This document shows positions 24,263 through 28,424 of a stretch of 28,424 nt of DNA, one piece after another. The notes below the pieces were generated by a model that saw nothing but the letters and a program-made list of their open reading frames with translations, did no database searches and had not been told where the DNA came from. A program made the translations under genes and the position numbers. The first letter of the stretch is position 1. The number at the start of each line of letters is the position of its first letter. The DNA is from Gemmatimonadota bacterium. GTDB lineage: Bacteria > Gemmatimonadota > Gemmatimonadetes > Longimicrobiales > Gaopeijiaceae. The stretch is from positions 1 through 28,424 of the forward strand of contig JBDHHQ010000057.1 of assembly GCA_039589315.1 (NCBI GenBank), read 5' to 3'.

Positions 24263-27100
24263 TTAGTTCATCGGCTCCGGCGCCACCCCCTCACCCTCGC
24301 CCTCCTCCTGCCCAACTGCCAGGTCGTTCCAATTCATGATCGCGTTCCAGACCAGGGCGTGATTCCCGTGATTCTGGTGCCGGTGGAGCGCGTCGAAGCC
24401 GAAGATCACGACGTGCCCCTCGCCCAGGGGCGCCGAGTAGACGGCCGGATCCTCGGCCAGGGAGCCGGCACTCCGGGCCGCGCCGCTGAGGAGGAGCTCG
24501 CCTCCCTCGGCGTACTTCACCGGCACCCGGTGGTCCTCGTCGTCCGGGACGTTCAAGTAGGGCCCGAGCTGATGGTAGAGCGGCAGCGTCTCGCCGTAGC
24601 CGTATGCGATGGGATCGGCGGGATTGGCGACCTGGCCCTGGAGGATGGAGCCAGGAATGAACATGTCGCCTCGAGGGCGGAAGGTGACGTCTCGCAGGAA
24701 GCCGAACTCCACCGGGATGGATCCCGCCGTGCCGATGGCGAGGAGCGTGCCCCCCTCGTCCACGAACGTCCGTAGCGCCTGGAGGCCGTCGAAGCCCATG
24801 CCGCCCGTGACGTCCGCCTCGCTGTCGGGCGTGCCGTGGCTGGGAAACTCGTCGGTGCGCGTATAGGCCAGAGGTCCGTGCTCCGGGTCCACGCCCTGGA
24901 AGATGCTCTTGGCGGTGGCCCGGGTCCCCTGGTGCGGGAACACCACCACGTCGAACTGGGCCCGGAGGTCCATGCCGGCCAGGTCCTTCTCGGAGATGTA
25001 GGCGTACTCCAGGCCGGCCTGGTCGAAGGTGAAGCGCGCCCACCCCTCGTCCTGGGTGCGGGACCAGGTGTGGAGGACGGCCACTCGGGGCATGTCCATC
25101 GGGTGGTGCGCCACCCCACCCAGCTTGGTGTCCTCGATGGTATACGTGGTCATGCCGTGCTCGGCGGCCCAGTCCTCGATAGCGTCTCGACCGATCTCCC
25201 AGGGCCGGAGCAGCCAGGCCCCGGGCGGCACGGTGCGATCCTCGTCGATCGCGATCTCACCGTCCGCCACCACCACCTCGACGTCCGGCCCGAGGGCCAA
25301 CCGGGCCTTCATGATGTGAGCCGAAGCGTTGGGCACGACCACGTGCACCCCGCTCTCTTCGTCACCGTCGACGTGATCGTAGGCACCGGCAATGCGGATC
25401 TCGCCGTCCACCGGGTCCAGGTCCAGCTCCTGGATCGCCGGATCGTCCACCGCCTCCGCCGTGACGTTGAACATGAGCGGATAGGTCCAGGCCACGTCGT
25501 CGTAGGGGGACGGCGCGTCGTCGGGGAAGTCCTGCCTCTCCATGAGCGTCTGGACGAAGTTCCGGTACGGCTGGTCCATGCGGATCACGTAGTCGCCCTC
25601 GGCCACGGTGACGTCGCCGAACGTCCCGTCGTCACCGGCCCGGTGCACTTCGATGCCCTGGCGACGGAGCAGGTTGAGCATGTACGAGGCGTCGGCCCGG
25701 CGGGCCTGGTCGACCGGGATCACGTACCCGTACGGTGCCTCGCTCCGCCCCTTCTCCACCGCGTTGGTGGACTTCCGCCAGAAGTTGTCCAGCACGCGGG
25801 TCCGGTTCTGGGCCACCAGGTAGGCCGCGTTCAGGGCGCCCGTCTGCATGTAGTTGGTGTTGTTCCGGAGCGACCAGACCGTGGTGTCCCGGGGAGGATT
25901 CGGCCGATACCACTCCACCTCGGTGGCCCGCTCGTCGAGGCCGCGCTCCATGGTGTTGGGGATCGAGTTGCCGAACGTCTCGTAGAAGCGGCCGACGGCG
26001 TTCCGCGTGTTGGTGACCCAGAGCAGGTAGCCCGGATACCACCCCGTGTAGAACCCGTGCGTCCAGACGCCGGGCATGCCCAACGCCGTCAGGTTGGTCA
26101 CCTCCCAGTTGGACATCCACTGCCACTCGCTCACCGCGATGGGATCGACCGTCGGGTTGTAGGGGCCGGTCCCGGTCGACACGTACAGGTAGGGGACGGA
26201 CTCGTGGAGGTCGTGCCCCACCGGGTAATGCCAGTCCAGGAAGAGGCCCACCAGCTCCTGGGTGAGCCGAGCCGAGAGCTGCAGGCCGTCCCGGTTGTTG
26301 TCGTGGAAGATGTACTTGCCCCAATAGGGCGGACCGGGCACCCGGTCGTCCGTGTCGTAGACGTTCGCGTTGTAGCGCCGGTGCCAGTCCACGACCTTGT
26401 CCCGACCGTCGGGCTCGGCCACGGGCACGATGAACACGACGACACTGTCCCGGATCGTCTGGATCATGGGGTCGTCCGAGACGGCCAGACGGTACGCCAT
26501 CTCCATGACCATCTCCGGGGGACCCGTCTCGGTGGAGTGGAGACCGGCGTAGAAGGTGTAGATGGCGGGCAGATCGGCGACCAGCGCTTCCGCGGCGGCG
26601 GCATCCGCGGTCCGGGGGTCCGAGAGGCGCTTCATCCCGGCCTTCACGGCCTCCAGGCGCGCCAGGTTGGCCTCGCTCCCGACCTGGACCAGGGCCAGGT
26701 CCCGCCCCTCCTCGGTCTGGCCGAGACGTTGGAAGGCGACCCTGGGAGACGACCCGGCCAACGCTTCCATATAGCCGTAGATCTCCTCCACGCGGTGAAG
26801 AACGCCCGGCTTGCCCACGGGGTGTCCGAAATGGTCCGTGGGCGAGACCACCGTCGGATCCTCGGGCAGATGGTCCACGGTCGGATTGGTGTACTCCGGC
26901 AGGGTGGTCCAGCTGCGGATCAGGCGCGTGGACTCTCCGTCCACGGCCTGTCCCCATGGCGTGGCAGCCGGGACCGGTTGACCCTCGTGCCAGTCGAACT
27001 CCTGGGCGACCTCCTGGGCTGCCACCGTGCCCGGCAACAGGAGGGAGGCGCCGGCGAGCAGCGCGTGGAGAGCCGAGAGGGTCGAAGATCTGCCGGTCAT
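24263..27100 (-). CDS. Secreted M14 family zinc carboxypeptidase with C-terminal glutamine-amidotransferase-like domain
   Basis: GGAGG RBS; signal peptide (TVAA-Q); GLHSTE (HxxE), EPDG, DNNRD, DLHE. C-terminal 'DEGWARFTFDQ...FDVVVFP...LRTFVDEGGTLLAIG'. Confidence 0.9.
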   Translation of the reverse strand: MTGRSSTLSALHALLAGASLLLPGTVAAQEVAQEFDWHEGQPVPAATPWGQAVDGESTRLIRSWTTLPEYTNPTVDHLPEDPTVVSPTDHFGHPVGKPGVLHRVEEIYGYMEALAGSSPRVAFQRLGQTEEGRDLALVQVGSEANLARLEAVKAGMKRLSDPRTADAAAAEALVADLPAIYTFYAGLHSTETGPPEMVMEMAYRLAVSDDPMIQTIRDSVVVFIVPVAEPDGRDKVVDWHRRYNANVYDTDDRVPGPPYWGKYIFHDNNRDGLQLSARLTQELVGLFLDWHYPVGHDLHESVPYLYVSTGTGPYNPTVDPIAVSEWQWMSNWEVTNLTALGMPGVWTHGFYTGWYPGYLLWVTNTRNAVGRFYETFGNSIPNTMERGLDERATEVEWYRPNPPRDTTVWSLRNNTNYMQTGALNAAYLVAQNRTRVLDNFWRKSTNAVEKGRSEAPYGYVIPVDQARRADASYMLNLLRRQGIEVHRAGDDGTFGDVTVAEGDYVIRMDQPYRNFVQTLMERQDFPDDAPSPYDDVAWTYPLMFNVTAEAVDDPAIQELDLDPVDGEIRIAGAYDHVDGDEESGVHVVVPNASAHIMKARLALGPDVEVVVADGEIAIDEDRTVPPGAWLLRPWEIGRDAIEDWAAEHGMTTYTIEDTKLGGVAHHPMDMPRVAVLHTWSRTQDEGWARFTFDQAGLEYAYISEKDLAGMDLRAQFDVVVFPHQGTRATAKSIFQGVDPEHGPLAYTRTDEFPSHGTPDSEADVTGGMGFDGLQALRTFVDEGGTLLAIGTAGSIPVEFGFLRDVTFRPRGDMFIPGSILQGQVANPADPIAYGYGETLPLYHQLGPYLNVPDDEDHRVPVKYAEGGELLLSGAARSAGSLAEDPAVYSAPLGEGHVVIFGFDALHRHQNHGNHALVWNAIMNWNDLAVGQEEGEGEGVAPEPMN

Positions 27101-27130
27101 ACTTCCTCCATGGCCAAACGAGACCGATCG

Positions 27131-28424
27131 CTAGCTCCTGGACCAATCGTCGCGCAGTCGGTCGGTGACCCACGCGACCACCTGATCGATCGCGATGCGC
27201 ACCTGCTCCAGAGTGTCGCGGTCCCGAACGGTCACGGTGTCATCGTCAGTGGTCTGGCCGTCCACGGTGACGCACCAGGGCGTCCCCGCCTCGTCCTGCC
27301 GGCGATAGCGGCGCCCGATGGATCCGGAGGCGTCGTAGAAGGACGGGACGGCCGCCTTCCTCAGGTCCTCGTGCAGCGCCGTGGCGATCTCCGGCAGGCC
27401 GTCCTTTTTGACGAGCGGGAAGACACCGACCTTCAAGGGCGCCAGGGCCGGATGGAGCTTCATGACCACCCGCTGCTCGCCCTCGACCTCCTCCTCGGTG
27501 TACGCGTCGGCCAGGACCACGAGGGCCGTTCGGTCCACGCCCATGGACGTCTCGACGACGAAGGGCACGAAGCGGTCGTTCGTGGCCGGATCGATGTACT
27601 CGAGGCGCTTGCCGGAGTATTCCTGGTGCCTGGACAAGTCGAAGTCGGTGCGGTTGTGGATCCCCTCGAACTCCTTCCAACCGAAGGGGAACTCGTACTC
27701 GATGTCGTAGGCCTTCTTCGCGTAATGCGCGAGCTCACTGGGTCCGTGCTCGTGGAAGCGCAGCTTCTCGGCGCGCACGCCCAGATCCACCTGCCACGCC
27801 ATCCGGCGCTCCATCCAGTACTCGAACCACTCCTCGTCATCGCCCGGGCGGACGAAGAACTGCATCTCGGCCTGCTCGAACTCCCGGGTACGGAATATGA
27901 AGTTGCCCGGCGTGATCTCGTTGCGGAATGCCTTGCCGATCTGGGCGATGCCGAAGGGTACTCTTTGACGCGCCGTGCCCTGCACATTCAGGAAGTTCAC
28001 GTAGATCCCCTGCGCCGTCTCCGGCCTCAGGTAGACGGTGGACGCCGCGTCCTCCACGGGGCCCATGAAGGTCTTGAACATCAGGTTGAACATGCGTGGC
28101 TCGGTGAAGGCGTCCCGGGTACCGCAGGTGGGGCACTGCCCACCCTGGACTTCCTCCAGATCGGCGCGAAAGCGTCGATGGCAGTTGGTGCACTCCACCA
28201 GCGGGTCCGTGAACCCTTCGACGTGCCCCGACGCTTCCCACACCCGTGGGTGCATGAGGATGGCCGCGTCCAGGCCTTCGATGTCGTCGCGCCGATGTAC
28301 CATCGCGCTCCACCAGCGCCCCCGGACGTTGTTCTTCAGCTCGACGCCCAGCGGGCCGTAATCCCACACGGAGCCGGTGCCGCCGTAGATCTCCGAAGAC
28401 TGGAAGACGAAGCCGCGCCGCTTG
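27131..28424 (-). CDS. glyQS: Glycine--tRNA ligase (alpha2 type), 5' end outside the window
   Basis: KRRGFVFQSSEIYGG...WDYGPLGVELK, YLRPETAQG, GKAFRNEI, FRTREFEQ, anticodon domain SIGRRYRRQDEAGTP. Confidence 0.97.
   Translation of the reverse strand, partial: KRRGFVFQSSEIYGGTGSVWDYGPLGVELKNNVRGRWWSAMVHRRDDIEGLDAAILMHPRVWEASGHVEGFTDPLVECTNCHRRFRADLEEVQGGQCPTCGTRDAFTEPRMFNLMFKTFMGPVEDAASTVYLRPETAQGIYVNFLNVQGTARQRVPFGIAQIGKAFRNEITPGNFIFRTREFEQAEMQFFVRPGDDEEWFEYWMERRMAWQVDLGVRAEKLRFHEHGPSELAHYAKKAYDIEYEFPFGWKEFEGIHNRTDFDLSRHQEYSGKRLEYIDPATNDRFVPFVVETSMGVDRTALVVLADAYTEEEVEGEQRVVMKLHPALAPLKVGVFPLVKKDGLPEIATALHEDLRKAAVPSFYDASGSIGRRYRRQDEAGTPWCVTVDGQTTDDDTVTVRDRDTLEQVRIAIDQVVAWVTDRLRDDWSRS

Noticed and set aside
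438..28367. Many long antisense or alternate-frame ORFs (e.g. 438-2201, 4131-5822, 10327-12051, 21897-23417, 25632-27173)
   Set aside because: They shadow well-supported genes, are Arg/Gly/Pro-rich or mirror GC3 bias, and are expected where stop codons are scarce in GC-rich DNA.
1..28424. CRISPR array, tRNA/rRNA, transposase or integrase
   Set aside because: No regularly spaced direct repeats, cloverleaf/T-loop signatures or recombinase motifs were seen. Intergenic gaps are short.

Overview
GC-rich (roughly 70% by eye) bacterial chromosomal window. Gene content and protein style suggest Gemmatimonadota (inference only). On the + strand are an ADP-forming acyl-CoA synthetase, a 158-aa hypothetical protein and a FmdB-like zinc-ribbon protein. 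All other genes are on the - strand, in transcription order: glyQS (5'-truncated), a secreted M14 carboxypeptidase, a TPR-tail fragment, an NSS/SNF sodium-dependent transporter, a zincin-like protein, nth, a secreted amidohydrolase, an HD hydrolase, an M6 (InhA-like) metalloprotease followed by two lipoproteins, a 36-aa MetS-like microprotein absent from the ORF track, carB, an HDAC-family deacetylase, a 61-aa membrane protein, a SAM methyltransferase, an M24 peptidase, priA and an HNH nuclease. I saw no rRNA, tRNA, CRISPR array or mobile element. The most interesting candidates are: (1) an M6 protease ending in a dockerin-like Ca-binding loop, translationally coupled to a small cohesin-like beta-sandwich lipoprotein, which may be a surface-tethering system; (2) an NSS small-subunit-like microprotein about 8 kb from its likely large subunit; (3) a GGTTTTTT at the predicted start site of the carB transcript, suggesting UTP-sensing reiterative transcription; (4) structured non-coding elements at 2-261 and 3938-4035. 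All family calls come from motif recognition by eye, not from database searches.
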